Assembly (NCBI GenBank): GCA_964484095.1
Contig: CAZAEB010000001.1
Span: forward strand, 1,655 to 65,654
DNA length: 64,000 nucleotides
Origin: an uncultured Gammaproteobacteria bacterium
Lineage (GTDB): Bacteria > Patescibacteriota > Microgenomatia > UBA12405 > BS750m-G30
Reading direction: 5' to 3'
Shown here: piece by piece, positions 26,501-36,347 of the stretch
Layout of the letters: each line of letters begins with the position of its first letter
How positions within the stretch are numbered: the stretch's first letter is position 1
Translations under genes and position numbers: made by a program
The notes under the pieces: generated by a model
The model's database searches: none
Told to the model about the DNA's origin: nothing
Seen by the model: the letters and a program-made list of their open reading frames with translations, nothing else

Positions 26501-26577
26501 CGGGGTGTGGCGCAAATGGCTAGCGCACACGGCTGGGGGCCGTGGGGCTGCGGGTTCAAATCCCGCCACCCCGACCA
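26501..26577 (+). tRNA. tRNA-Pro (anticodon GGG), CCA encoded
   Basis: Acceptor CGGGGTG / CACCCCG. Anticodon arm CACGG-CTGGGGG-CCGTG with GGG at positions 34-36 and G37 (the m1G37 site). T-arm GCGGG-TTCAAAT-CCCGC. Discriminator A followed by CCA. Confidence 0.85.
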
Positions 26578-26624
26578 ATAAAAATGCTCAATATTTGAAC
26601 AAACTTTTGGAAAAATTGCCAAGA

Positions 26625-27050
26625 CTATCTCTTTGGAGACTGTTTTTTCTTTCTGGCTCTGCCCATCTGGCCAGCTTTTCTTCTTTCCCTTACTCTGGCA
26701 TCAACGGTCAAAAGTCCTGCCTTTTTTAAGATCGGTCGGTAAACCGAACTATTATATTTATCTAATGCTCTGGAAGTTGCCAAAACAACCGCTTCAAGCT
26801 GACTGACTTTTCCTCCACCAACAATTCTGATTACACCATGAAATTTTCCGTCTGATTCTGATATTACAAGGGGTTTTTTATAAAAATACTCACAAACCTT
26901 GCCAGGAAAATATTTATCTATCGTCTTTCCATTTACACTCCATTCGCCTTTTCCTTCAAATAACCTAATCGTAGCTACCGCCGCTTTTCTTCTACCTACA
27001 GCATAAAAATACTTTTTCTTCCTGCCTTGTTTTTTGGTTTGCTTTGCCAT
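26625..27050 (-). CDS. rpsI: 30S ribosomal protein S9
   Basis: 141 aa. YFYAVGRRKAAVA...C-terminal RKKKQSPKR. Confidence 0.95.
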   Translation of the reverse strand: MAKQTKKQGRKKKYFYAVGRRKAAVATIRLFEGKGEWSVNGKTIDKYFPGKVCEYFYKKPLVISESDGKFHGVIRIVGGGKVSQLEAVVLATSRALDKYNSSVYRPILKKAGLLTVDARVRERRKAGQMGRARKKKQSPKR

Positions 27051-27055
27051 TTTTT

Positions 27056-27481
27056 TTACTTAACCTCAATTAACTTTTTACCGCCATAATTATGTTTATC
27101 GCCAACAAAAATTCTTAATCTTTTCAATCTCTTTGCCCGCAGTTTGTTTTTAGGAAGCATTCCTGAAACCGCCTTGTATATTGCCCTGGTTGGATCCTTT
27201 TCCATCATTTTCTTATAAGTAATCTCTTTTAGGCCACCCGGCCAGCCAGTATGGTGCTGATAAAGCTTATCGCTCTCCTTTTTACCTGTCACTTCAACTC
27301 TTTCACAATTAGTCACCACTACCCAGTCCCCACAATCAAGATTGTATACAAAATTAGTTTTCTCTTTTCCCATAAGAATTATGGCAATTTTAGTAGCCAA
27401 TCTACCCAAGATTTTTCCTTTAGCATCTGCCAAATACCAGTCTTTTTTAATGTCTTTTTGCCTAATAGAGTCTGTCTTCAT
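27056..27481 (-). CDS. rplM: 50S ribosomal protein L13
   Basis: 141 aa. KDWYLADAKGKILGRLA. Confidence 0.95.
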   Translation of the reverse strand: MKTDSIRQKDIKKDWYLADAKGKILGRLATKIAIILMGKEKTNFVYNLDCGDWVVVTNCERVEVTGKKESDKLYQHHTGWPGGLKEITYKKMMEKDPTRAIYKAVSGMLPKNKLRAKRLKRLRIFVGDKHNYGGKKLIEVK

Positions 27482-27936
27482 TTTTTAGCCTCCTTTTTAG
27501 TCTTTTTCTCTTTTGTTTCTTTTCCTGCTTTCTTTATTTTCTTTTTTTTCTCAGCTTCAGGCTTTTTAAAATCAATGTCAACTTTTTCCACAAACTCAAC
27601 TCTAACCAAAACAGCATCATCACCCTTCCTTCTTTTCACCTTAACTGTTCTGGTAAACCCGCCATTTCTGTCCTTAAAAACAGGAGCAATTTTGTCAACA
27701 ATCAAGTTGACCAGATTCTGATCCTGAAAATATCGATATACAAATCTTTTGGCAGAAATATCACCTTTTTTAGCCCTGCTAATCATTCTTTCTATCAGTC
27801 TGACTAAAACTCTTGCTCTAGCCTTGGTAGTCTCTACCTTGCCGGATAAAAACATCGACCGGACAAGATTTTTCGTCAAGGCCCGGCGATGATCGAATTT
27901 TAGGCCTAGTTTCTTTCTTTTAACTCGATGGCGCAT
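27478..27936 (-). CDS. rplQ: 50S ribosomal protein L17 (with Lys-rich C-terminal extension)
   Basis: 152 aa. MRHRVKRKKLGLKFDHRRAL. 4-nt overlap with rplM. Confidence 0.9.
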   Translation of the reverse strand: MRHRVKRKKLGLKFDHRRALTKNLVRSMFLSGKVETTKARARVLVRLIERMISRAKKGDISAKRFVYRYFQDQNLVNLIVDKIAPVFKDRNGGFTRTVKVKRRKGDDAVLVRVEFVEKVDIDFKKPEAEKKKKIKKAGKETKEKKTKKEAKK

Positions 27937-27939
27937 TGA

Positions 27940-28854
27940 TTAGTCCTCTAAGGTAACTCCTTTATCTTTTAACACTTTTTCTAACTCAGTCACCGACTTT
28001 TCACCAACATTGTTGGCATCCATTACTTTTTTTCTACTAACGCCTTGAAAGTCGGAAACTTTTTTGTACCCTGCTTTCCTCAAAGCATTTGCCAGCCGAA
28101 GAGGAATATCCAACTCATCAACTACCACTTCCAGCTCACCATTCTTTTTCTCAACTGCTTTTTTCTTAGGCTTAACATGATTCGGCTTGGCAATCTGAGC
28201 AAAAACCCCTACCAATATTTCTGCTGCCTGTTCAACTAGATCGCCTGGATTGACAGTTTTATCCGTCCAAACTTCAAAAACTACCTCGTCTAAATTACTG
28301 GTTTTGCCTGCCCGAATCGGATTAACGACAAAACTTGCCTTAACGACCGGACTAAAAATGGCATCAACAGAAATGACTCTCATTTTGTCAACCTTATGGT
28401 CCTCTGCTAAAGAGTATCCTTGGCCCTTTTCAACAATTAATTCAGCCTTAAATTTTGTCTTTTTGTCGGCTAAGTTTGCCAAAACTAAATCCTTGTTAGT
28501 TACCTCAACTCCAGCCGGAAAAGAAATATCTCCTGCTGTAACCGACCCAGGGCCAGTTTTTTCAATTTTTCCTTTAACTGGCTTCTCGGCCTTACTGGTA
28601 ATCCTGATCTGTTTAACATTGGTGATAATTTCCAAAACGTCTTCTTTGACACCTTTAATTGTGGCAAACGCATGACTAACCCCATCAATTTTAATCGTAG
28701 TAACAGCCGCACCAGGCATTGCGCCCAGTAAAACTCTTCTTAAAGAGTTTCCAACCGTATAACCAAAGCCTCCTGCAAGAGGAGAAATGACAAACCGACC
28801 ATAACCATCAGAAACCTTCTCTTTTTTAATCCAAAATTCTGTTATATCAGTCAT
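27940..28854 (-). CDS. rpoA: DNA-directed RNA polymerase subunit alpha
   Basis: 304 aa. N-terminal domain VISPLAGGFGYTVGNSLRRVLL. Helix-hairpin-helix C-terminal domain. Confidence 0.95.
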   Translation of the reverse strand: MTDITEFWIKKEKVSDGYGRFVISPLAGGFGYTVGNSLRRVLLGAMPGAAVTTIKIDGVSHAFATIKGVKEDVLEIITNVKQIRITSKAEKPVKGKIEKTGPGSVTAGDISFPAGVEVTNKDLVLANLADKKTKFKAELIVEKGQGYSLAEDHKVDKMRVISVDAIFSPVVKASFVVNPIRAGKTSNLDEVVFEVWTDKTVNPGDLVEQAAEILVGVFAQIAKPNHVKPKKKAVEKKNGELEVVVDELDIPLRLANALRKAGYKKVSDFQGVSRKKVMDANNVGEKSVTELEKVLKDKGVTLED

Positions 28855-28899
28855 TTATTGCTCCTTTTAACAATTAATTTTTAAAGTTTAAAAACAAAT

Positions 28900-29520
28900 T
28901 CAGCGAGAATAAAACTCAATAATTATATTCTCTTTAATATCCTGAGGCATTTCTTCCCTTGTCGGCATTTTCTCAACCTTGCCGAATACGCCTTTTCTCT
29001 TTAGCCAGGCGGGAATTTCAAGATCCTTTTTTGCCAGCCAGATCTCAACAGATTTTATTTTTGCTCCTGATTTAGAAAGCTCTATCTTGTCGTTGAGTCG
29101 CAGATTATATGAAGGAATTTTTACCTTTTCCCCATTAACCAATACCTTGCCGTGAGTAATAAGCTGACGAGCCATTCTTTTTGAAGATGCCAAACCCAGC
29201 CGATGAAGAACATTATCCAGTCTTAACTCCAGCAACCTTAAAAGATTTTCTCCTTGATCTCCATCAATCATACTGGCCTTTTTCAAATAATTTTTGAACT
29301 GTTTTTCCATTACTCCGTAATATCGCTTTGTTTTTTGCTTTTCTCTCAACTGAGTACCATACTCCGAAAGTCTAAACCCACTTTTCAAACCATGAACTCC
29401 AGGAGCAACCGGACCAACCTTTTCCAAAGGACATTTTGGAGAAAAACATCTCTCTCCTTTTAAAAAAAGTTTTAATTTCTCTCGGCGACAAAGTCGACAT
29501 TTTTTATAAAAATTAGCCAT
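28900..29520 (-). CDS. rpsD: 30S ribosomal protein S4
   Basis: 206 aa. N-terminal Cys cluster CRLCRREKLKLFLKGERCFSPKC. S4 domain. Confidence 0.95.
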   Translation of the reverse strand: MANFYKKCRLCRREKLKLFLKGERCFSPKCPLEKVGPVAPGVHGLKSGFRLSEYGTQLREKQKTKRYYGVMEKQFKNYLKKASMIDGDQGENLLRLLELRLDNVLHRLGLASSKRMARQLITHGKVLVNGEKVKIPSYNLRLNDKIELSKSGAKIKSVEIWLAKKDLEIPAWLKRKGVFGKVEKMPTREEMPQDIKENIIIEFYSR

Positions 29521-29523
29521 ATT

Positions 29524-29913
29524 TTATGTTCTCCTTCTTTTGGGCGGCCTGGGACCGTTATGAGGAATTGGAGTAACATCAGAAATCGAAAGAACGTCAA
29601 TTTCCCTTCTGGAACTCAAAACTTTTAATGCCGAATCTCTTCCTGGACCAGGTCCTTTGATATATACCTGAGCCTTTTTCATTCCCAGTTGTCTAGCGAT
29701 TTCGACTGCTTTTTCTAAAGTTGTGGTTGCTGCATACGGAGTTGATCTTCGAGTCCCTTTAAAGCCAAGTTTTCCCGAAGAAACCCAATCCACAACGTTG
29801 CCAGTCAAATCAGTAATGGCTACGATTGTATTGTTAAAACTGGCAGAAACAGTAATTCTGCCCTCAATAACAAATTTTTTTTCTTTGGTTTTCTTGTTAT
29901 TTGTCTTGCTCAT
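29524..29913 (-). CDS. rpsK: 30S ribosomal protein S11
   Basis: 129 aa. NNTIVAITDLTGN...GFKGTRRSTPYAA. Confidence 0.95.
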   Translation of the reverse strand: MSKTNNKKTKEKKFVIEGRITVSASFNNTIVAITDLTGNVVDWVSSGKLGFKGTRRSTPYAATTTLEKAVEIARQLGMKKAQVYIKGPGPGRDSALKVLSSRREIDVLSISDVTPIPHNGPRPPKRRRT

Positions 29914-29955
29914 TTTTTATTGTTCTAATTTTTTATTTGTTAAAACAATAGATTT

Positions 29956-30354
29956 TTATACCTTTTGCTGTTGTTCAATTTTTGACCACATTTCCTTACT
30001 TAAAGCCCCAACCGTCTTTTTCTTGCCCCTTCTGGTTCTAGCATTGTCTTTAGTTCGCTGTCCCCTGACTGGCAAATTAACCATATGTCTAATTCCTCGA
30101 TAAGTGCGAATCGCCTTCAATCTTTCAATATTTTCCCTGATCTCTTTTCTTAAATCCCCCTCTGTCAAAAAATTATTTAATACGGTTGCTACTCGAGAAA
30201 CTTCTTCTTTGGAAAGATCTTTGGCCCTCATATCCTTGTCAAGTTTGGCCTGCTTTATTAGTAATCCAACATTACTCCTGCCAATTCCATATACCCGTGT
30301 TAAGCCAATATCGATTTTTTCGTTATCTGGTATTTGTATTCCTGCTATTCTCAT
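29956..30354 (-). CDS. rpsM: 30S ribosomal protein S13
   Basis: 132 aa. MRIAGIQIPDNEKIDIGLTRVYGIG. Confidence 0.95.
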   Translation of the reverse strand: MRIAGIQIPDNEKIDIGLTRVYGIGRSNVGLLIKQAKLDKDMRAKDLSKEEVSRVATVLNNFLTEGDLRKEIRENIERLKAIRTYRGIRHMVNLPVRGQRTKDNARTRRGKKKTVGALSKEMWSKIEQQQKV

Positions 30355-30356
30355 TA

Positions 30357-30470
30357 TTATCCTTGTTTCTGTTTATGTCTCTTGTTTTTACAAATAACAA
30401 AAAGTCGCCCTCGACGACGGACTATCTTACAATCTCGACAACGCGCCTTTACACTTGACTTAACTTTCAT
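30357..30470 (-). CDS. rpmJ: 50S ribosomal protein L36
   Basis: 37 aa: [37 protein letters not shown]. Below the ORF-track cutoff; found by manual translation. Confidence 0.85.
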   Translation of the reverse strand: MKVKSSVKARCRDCKIVRRRGRLFVICKNKRHKQKQG

Positions 30471-30473
30471 TTT

Positions 30474-30701
30474 TTATTTTTCTCTAAACACTACCCGACC
30501 CCTGGTCGAATCATGAGGAGACATTTCTATCTTAACCTTGTCTCCTGGCACCACTCTAATATAGTGCAACCTCATTTTTCCAGATAGATAAGCGAGAATC
30601 ACCTTATCATTATCCAGTTTCACTCGAAAAGTGATATCCGGCAATGCCTCGGTTACCACCCCACTAAAAACCAACTTATCGTCTTTTCCTTTATCGGGCA
30701 T
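30474..30701 (-). CDS. infA: translation initiation factor IF-1
   Basis: 75 aa. S1-like OB fold: GVVTEALPDITFRVKLDNDKVILAYLSGKMR. Confidence 0.95.
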   Translation of the reverse strand: MPDKGKDDKLVFSGVVTEALPDITFRVKLDNDKVILAYLSGKMRLHYIRVVPGDKVKIEMSPHDSTRGRVVFREK

Positions 30702-30702
30702 T

Positions 30703-31458
30703 TTATTCCCAGAAATATGGGGTTAAATCCACTAAACCAGAATCATTAACATATACCGATTTCTCAAAAAGTCCTGATATTTTACCACCTTTATTTACGA
30801 TTGTCCAGCCATTACTTTCCGTTTCCAATCTAGGCTTAGTATCGGTATAAATAATCTCGATTGCCAATCCCTGACCCGCTAAAATAGGGGGGGTCTTTTC
30901 AATATCTCCCTTTAATAGGCAGGGGATATGTGGTTTTTGGTGAAGATTTTCGCCAATTCCATGACCTGTTAGTGTTTCTACGCAAAAAAATCCGTCTCCT
31001 TCTATCTGTTTCTGAATGGCTTGAGAAATATCCCCAACTCTATTTCCAAGTTTGGCTGCCTCCATTGCTTCATCTAAAGCTTTTCTGCCAGACATCAAAA
31101 ACGCTTCCTCAAAAACATAAGAAAGAGGTTTCCCCGCTATAAAGCTATAGGCCATATCAGTATGAAAACCATCAAAATATGCACCTCCGTCAATACTCAC
31201 CAAGTCTCCTTGGGAAATTCGAGTATTGTCAGGAATACCATGGACTACGCCGTTATTTAAATTTATACAGGTAGCCCAAGAATAACCAGACACCTTTTTA
31301 AATGAAGCTTTTGCCCTGAAATTGGCAAGTTTTATGCAAAAAAACTCCTCGATCTCTAATAAACTTCTTCCTGATTTCATATAACCAATCGCCTCTGCCA
31401 TCGCCTTGGCTAAAATCCTGCCTCCTTTTTTCATAGATTGAAGTTTTTTGTCGCTCAT
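30703..31458 (-). CDS. map: methionine aminopeptidase type I
   Basis: 251 aa. Metal-ligand context VHGIPD, DGGAYFDGFHTDMA and HGIGENLH. Confidence 0.9.
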   Translation of the reverse strand: MSDKKLQSMKKGGRILAKAMAEAIGYMKSGRSLLEIEEFFCIKLANFRAKASFKKVSGYSWATCINLNNGVVHGIPDNTRISQGDLVSIDGGAYFDGFHTDMAYSFIAGKPLSYVFEEAFLMSGRKALDEAMEAAKLGNRVGDISQAIQKQIEGDGFFCVETLTGHGIGENLHQKPHIPCLLKGDIEKTPPILAGQGLAIEIIYTDTKPRLETESNGWTIVNKGGKISGLFEKSVYVNDSGLVDLTPYFWE

Positions 31459-32054
31459 TATATCTTTTCAAGTTTACATACTATATCTTTATAGATATCT
31501 TCAACCGGTCTTTCTCCATCAATTTCAACCAAAACTCCTTTTTTGCGGTAATATTTCAATATTGGCTTAATTGTTTTCATATAAGACTTAAACCTTTTTT
31601 TGAAAATTTCTGGATTATCATCATTCCTTCCTGTCTGAAATTTTTTACCATCGGCTACAACCTTTTCTCTCCTTGCCAAAACCACCTCCGGTCTAACCTT
31701 AATCAAAATCACCAGATCAATTCTCAACCCCCTTTTTTTCAAATAATCATCAATCAACCCTGCCTGAACAACAGTTCTGGGAGAACCGTCAAGAATAAAA
31801 CCTTGAGATGAAGCTTTTTCTAATCTTGGAAAAATCATTTCGCAAATAATTTCATCAGAAACCCACCGACCCTTAACTAAATACTGAGACATTTTTTTAC
31901 CCATCTGTGTTTTTTTTGCCACCTCTTGACGAAGAATATCGCCGGAAGAAACGTGAACCATTTGATAGTCTTTAGCAATTATTTTTGCCTGAGTCCCTTT
32001 ACCACTTCCCGATGCCCCGATAAAAACCAGATTAAATTTTTTGTTCTTTATCAT
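31458..32054 (-). CDS. adk: adenylate kinase
   Basis: 198 aa. P-loop FIGASGSGKGTQA. The lid lacks the zinc-binding Cys quartet. Confidence 0.9.
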   Translation of the reverse strand: MIKNKKFNLVFIGASGSGKGTQAKIIAKDYQMVHVSSGDILRQEVAKKTQMGKKMSQYLVKGRWVSDEIICEMIFPRLEKASSQGFILDGSPRTVVQAGLIDDYLKKRGLRIDLVILIKVRPEVVLARREKVVADGKKFQTGRNDDNPEIFKKRFKSYMKTIKPILKYYRKKGVLVEIDGERPVEDIYKDIVCKLEKI

Positions 32055-33345
32055 TAAAAATAACTTTGATAACGATACGTCTGAACCTGGTTCTCTAATA
32101 GCCTGTTAATTTCTAAAATTACTGAAACAACAATTAAAATTCCCGTCCCTCCCAAAGAAACGGTAGAAATACCGGTTATTCCCTGGGTAATTGACGGTAA
32201 AATTGCTATAAACCCAAGAAAAAAAGCGCCAACAATAGTTACCCGTGAGAGCAGAAAAGACAGTCTTTCTTTAGTCGACCGACCAGGCCTTACTCCAGGA
32301 ATAAACCCCCCTGACTTTCTAAGTTCTTCTGAGACATCTTTGGGGTTAAACACCACAGAGGTATAAAAATAGGTGAAAAAAACCACAATAATAAAATATG
32401 ACAAATTATAAACAATCCCAGTTGACTGAAAATACAGATTTAAGGTTTTTCCAATTGATGCAAAGGGTTCTAGCGTTAACTGAGAGGCAAAATTAGTAAT
32501 CATTTGAGGAACCATTACTAGAGAAAGGGCAAAAATAATCGGCATTACCCCAGCACTATTAACCTTTAAAGGAAGATAACTGCTTTGCCCCGCAGACTGC
32601 CTTCCCCCCGCCATCCTTCTGGCATAGCGAATTGGAATCCTTAAGACCGCTTCATCGATAAAAATAATCCCAATAATAACTCCAATCGCCATCCCGCCAA
32701 AAGCAACCAGGTTAAATACATTGGTTTGAGAGGCAATGTTAACTGTTTGAAGAATATTGACCGGATAGCGAGCGACTATTCCTGAAAAGATTAAAAGAGA
32801 GATGCCATTGCCAACTCCATACTGAGTGATAAGTTCTCCCAAAAAAACCATCAGCATCGTTCCGGCAGTCATGGTGACTATAAAACTAGCCAGATGAACA
32901 ACGGAAAGGGTATCAATTATTCCCTGACTTTTTAAAAGAGTGTACATTGCAAAGACTGTAAAATCGCCAAAAACACAGTCGTGTAGCGAGTATACTGAGC
33001 TAGTTTTTGCCGACCATATTCCCCTTCTTTTCTAAGCTCCTTTATCTGAGGAATAACAAATCCCAAAAGTTGAAACATAATTGAGGCGTTAATGTATGGG
33101 GCTAACCCTAAAGCACTAATGGAAAAGTTTGCCAAAGTGCCTCCAGAAAAAACATCAAGTAAAGCCAAAAATTGATTTTGGGAAAAAAACGATTTCAATA
33201 CCTCTTTATCTACTCCAGGAACGGTTATATGAGCAATTAAACGAAAAGTAAACAGTATTGCCAGAGTGAAAATAAGTTTTTTTCTAATCTCAGAGATCTT
33301 AAAAGCTTCAAGATATGTGGACAAAGTTTTAGTAAAAATAGTCAT
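32054..33345 (-). pseudogene. secY: preprotein translocase SecY interrupted by a -1 frameshift at about 32948-32956 (two ORFs: 32932..33345 and 32054..32947)
   Basis: The N-terminal fragment ends ...QYTRYTTVFLAILQSLQCTLF*. The C-terminal fragment resumes in the -1 frame as (TVFA)MYTLLKSQGIID...GVGNGISLLIF. A single extra T in the minus-strand cttt run (plus-strand aaa at 32951-32953) would restore ...ILQSFAMYTLLKSQGI..., which matches SecY consensus. Together the fragments are about 436 aa. Confidence 0.8.
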
Positions 33346-33803
33346 TTGTTACCATTATCAACGCTTCCACCTGCTTTTTCAACCTGGTCTTTTACTGACC
33401 TGGCACAAAGGAGCTTAATAGAAAGCGGTTTGGTTATTTTTCCTCCACCAATAATTTTTACCCCTTTCGAAAAAGCCTCTTTTTTATTAACAATTTTTTT
33501 ATCAACCAAGCTTTTAATATCAACTGTTTGTTTGGCCTTAAAATGACTATCAAGCAGTTCCAACCTGATAGAAACTGGGTTGCGCGTAGATTTCAGTCTG
33601 CCCTTTCCTCTCCATAAAGGCAGTCTTTTAAGCCATGATTTTTTGATCTTTGTTCCGGAAAAAGTCAATTTGGGCTTATTTCTTGCCTTCATGCCTTTCT
33701 GGCCCCTACCCGAAGCATGACCACCTTTTCCTGAAGAATAACCTCTGCCGACTCTTTTGGCTGAGCGATTAGTTTTTGATTTTACCAAACTATGAAGATT
33801 CAT
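33342..33803 (-). CDS. rplO: 50S ribosomal protein L15
   Basis: 153 aa. Gly/Arg-rich N-terminus GRGYSSGKGGHASGRGQKG. Confidence 0.95.
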   Translation of the reverse strand: MNLHSLVKSKTNRSAKRVGRGYSSGKGGHASGRGQKGMKARNKPKLTFSGTKIKKSWLKRLPLWRGKGRLKSTRNPVSIRLELLDSHFKAKQTVDIKSLVDKKIVNKKEAFSKGVKIIGGGKITKPLSIKLLCARSVKDQVEKAGGSVDNGNK

Positions 33804-33805
33804 GA

Positions 33806-34276
33806 TTATTCCTCCAACAATCCAAAAGCTTTAATTGTCGCTCGAACATTAACTTCTTTATTTTTAGAACCAATCATCTTGGCGACCAGATCCTCAATTC
33901 CAACGGCATTGGAAATTATTCTCATTGGTCCGCCAGCAATTAATCCTGTTCCTGTTTTGGCTGGCTTTAACAAAACCTGAGCCCCTTTGAATTTTACCTG
34001 AACCTGATGGGGAATTGTCTTGTTTCTCAGAGGAACTCTAACCATTTTCTCTCGGGCTTTTTTCATTCCTTTTCTAATTGCCGAAGCGACATCTCTGGCT
34101 CTTGCCAAACAATAACCAACCTTTCCTTTTCCGTCTCCAACAACAACCAAGGCGGTAAAAGAAATTTTATTTCCTCCCTTAGTTTTTTTGCTTACTCTTT
34201 TAATCTGAACCACCTTCTCTATCATTCCGTCTTCTGGTCCTTGCATATAATTATTCTGCCTATTTCTATTATTCAT
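33806..34276 (-). CDS. rpsE: 30S ribosomal protein S5
   Basis: 156 aa. VVQIKRVSKKTKGG...dsRBD plus S5 C-terminal domain. Only 2 nt separate it from rplO, so no L30 gene is present. Confidence 0.95.
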   Translation of the reverse strand: MNNRNRQNNYMQGPEDGMIEKVVQIKRVSKKTKGGNKISFTALVVVGDGKGKVGYCLARARDVASAIRKGMKKAREKMVRVPLRNKTIPHQVQVKFKGAQVLLKPAKTGTGLIAGGPMRIISNAVGIEDLVAKMIGSKNKEVNVRATIKAFGLLEE

Positions 34277-34623
34277 TAAAACTCTAGTCCTCCTTTTCTG
34301 GCCCCCTCAGCAACCGCTTTTACCCGGCCATGAAATCGATAACTACCTCTATCAAAAACTACTTTTTTAACCCCTTTAGAAACTGCTTTTTTGGCAATCT
34401 GCTCACCAACAATAAAAGCCACCTCTGTTTTTGTCTTTTTGTCACCTTTTTTAGCAAGCTTTTGACTATTCTCAGAAAAAAGAGTTTTGCCAGTAGTCAT
34501 ATCGACCAACTGAACCCAAACATATCGATTGGAACGATAAACCACTAATTTGCGACCTCTACTAACGGCAATTCCTTTTCTAATCCTAAGCGCTCTTTTT
34601 TGTTTTGCTGTTCTTTTGTTCAT
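34276..34623 (-). CDS. rplR: 50S ribosomal protein L18
   Basis: 115 aa. RIRKGIAVSRGRKLVVYRSNRYVWVQLVD. Confidence 0.95.
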   Translation of the reverse strand: MNKRTAKQKRALRIRKGIAVSRGRKLVVYRSNRYVWVQLVDMTTGKTLFSENSQKLAKKGDKKTKTEVAFIVGEQIAKKAVSKGVKKVVFDRGSYRFHGRVKAVAEGARKGGLEF

Positions 34624-34640
34624 TTTTTTGATTAATAAAT

Positions 34641-35180
34641 TTATTCTTTAGCAGCTGCCTTACCAGGCTTTAACCTAATCTCTTCTCCTTCATAACGAAT
34701 CCCTTTTCCTAAATAAGCATCTGGTTTTCTGATCTTTTTAATCATCGCCGCCACTTGACCAACTAACTGACGGTCAATCCCTTTAATAACAATCTTTGTT
34801 TCTTCTATCTCAAATTCTGTCCCCTCGGGAATTTTGAATTCTACCGGATTGGCAAAACCAACATTTAATACCAGATTGTCTGCCACTCTAGATGCTCGAT
34901 AGCCGGTACCAATAATTGCTAAAGACTTTGACCATCCCTCAGTAACTCCAATAACAGCGTTGTTAATTAGGTTGCGAACCGTTCCATGACAGGATCTTAC
35001 TGCCTTTGCCTCTGATCGACGGCTAACCAACACTTCTGCCACATCAACCTTAACATCAATCCTTCCAGGAATTGGCAAAAGCATTTCTCCTTTAGGCCCC
35101 TTGATTGAGACTTTTTTTCCCTCAACTTTTACCTCAACGCCCTCGGGGATTGTAACCGGTTGTTTTCCAATTTTCGACAT
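34641..35180 (-). CDS. rplF: 50S ribosomal protein L6
   Basis: 179 aa. MSKIGKQPVTIPEGVEVKVEGKKVSIKGPKGE. Confidence 0.95.
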   Translation of the reverse strand: MSKIGKQPVTIPEGVEVKVEGKKVSIKGPKGEMLLPIPGRIDVKVDVAEVLVSRRSEAKAVRSCHGTVRNLINNAVIGVTEGWSKSLAIIGTGYRASRVADNLVLNVGFANPVEFKIPEGTEFEIEETKIVIKGIDRQLVGQVAAMIKKIRKPDAYLGKGIRYEGEEIRLKPGKAAAKE

Positions 35181-35579
35181 TTAATAAATCTCCGCTATTA
35201 CCTCTCCGCCAAGATTCTTTTTTCGGGCCTTTCTGGCCGTCATCAATCCTTGCGAAGTAGAAACAATAACAATTGCGTTTGATCTGCCAGTATATGGCAG
35301 ATCCTTATAACCAACATAATACCTTCTTCCTGGTTTAGAAAAGAATTTAATCTCCTTGAAAAGAGGTTTGCCTGCACCGTGATAGGCTAACTCGGCAATG
35401 ATCTCTTTTTTTGCCGCCTTCTCTTTGGAAACATCAAACCTTTTTAATAACGAGCTGTCAACCAATATTTTTGCAATTTCTTCCAGTTTTTTAGACCAAG
35501 GAACAACCACAGTCTTTTTATCAACTGCACCGCCATTTTTAATTCTGATTAGAAAATCTCCCAATGGATAGTTATTCAT
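35181..35579 (-). CDS. rpsH: 30S ribosomal protein S8
   Basis: 132 aa. DFLIRIKNGGAV. Confidence 0.95.
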   Translation of the reverse strand: MNNYPLGDFLIRIKNGGAVDKKTVVVPWSKKLEEIAKILVDSSLLKRFDVSKEKAAKKEIIAELAYHGAGKPLFKEIKFFSKPGRRYYVGYKDLPYTGRSNAIVIVSTSQGLMTARKARKKNLGGEVIAEIY

Positions 35580-35582
35580 AAT

Positions 35583-35768
35583 TTACCAACTTGCTTTTTT
35601 AACACCCGGCAAAACACCTTCCCTTGCCAGTTTTCGAAAACAAAGCCGACAAAGTCTAAAAAAACGAATATAACCTCTTGACCGGCCACACAACTGACAT
35701 CGATTTCGATATCTGTTTTTAAATCTTAATTTTTTTTCTTCTCTTACAATTTTCGATTTTTTAGCCAT
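35583..35768 (-). CDS. rpsZ: 30S ribosomal protein S14 type Z (zinc-binding)
   Basis: 61 aa. [22 protein letters not shown] (CxxC...CxxC). Confidence 0.9.
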   Translation of the reverse strand: MAKKSKIVREEKKLRFKNRYRNRCQLCGRSRGYIRFFRLCRLCFRKLAREGVLPGVKKASW

Positions 35769-35810
35769 TATTGGACGTTTCTTTTTTAAAGTTATATTTT
35801 AACACCTGCG

Positions 35811-36344
35811 TCAATTGGAAAAAGGAAACCCCATCATCTTCAAAAGAGCCATTGCTTCTTTTTCCCCTTTAATGTTGGTAACTATTGTTACCTGTAAACT
35901 TTTAATCTTTTTGACTTTATCAATATCTATTTCAGGAAAAACCGTCTGTTCTGGAAGACCAATACTATAATTGCCTGCCTGATCAAATTTCTTTGGCGAA
36001 AGACCTCTAAAATCCCTCAGTCTTGGTAAAACCAAACTAAACAATCTTTCCAAGAAATCATACATTCTTTTTCCTCTTAAAGTAACTTTAAGTCCAATAA
36101 CCTGACCCTTTCTCAACTTAAATCCAGATATGGATTTTTTAGCGGAACAAGCAACCGGTTTCTGACCAGTAATAACCTCAAGCTCACTGGAAAAAAGGTC
36201 AATCAATGAACGGTCATCTTTAGCTTCGGCTATCCCCATATTTACAATTACCTTGTCTACTTTTGGAACTGCCATTAAATTGTCTATCGCCAATTCTTTT
36301 TTCAAAGCAGGAATAATTTCTTTCTTGTATTTTTCTATAAGCAT
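35811..36344 (-). CDS. rplE: 50S ribosomal protein L5
   Basis: 177 aa. L5 fold with VDKVIVNMGIAEA motif. Confidence 0.95.
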   Translation of the reverse strand: MLIEKYKKEIIPALKKELAIDNLMAVPKVDKVIVNMGIAEAKDDRSLIDLFSSELEVITGQKPVACSAKKSISGFKLRKGQVIGLKVTLRGKRMYDFLERLFSLVLPRLRDFRGLSPKKFDQAGNYSIGLPEQTVFPEIDIDKVKKIKSLQVTIVTNIKGEKEAMALLKMMGFPFSN

Positions 36345-36347
36345 TTT

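Noticed and set aside
26475-26729. 84-aa plus-strand ORF
   Set aside because: It completely overlaps the tRNA-Pro gene and its flank. It has no RBS and is spurious.
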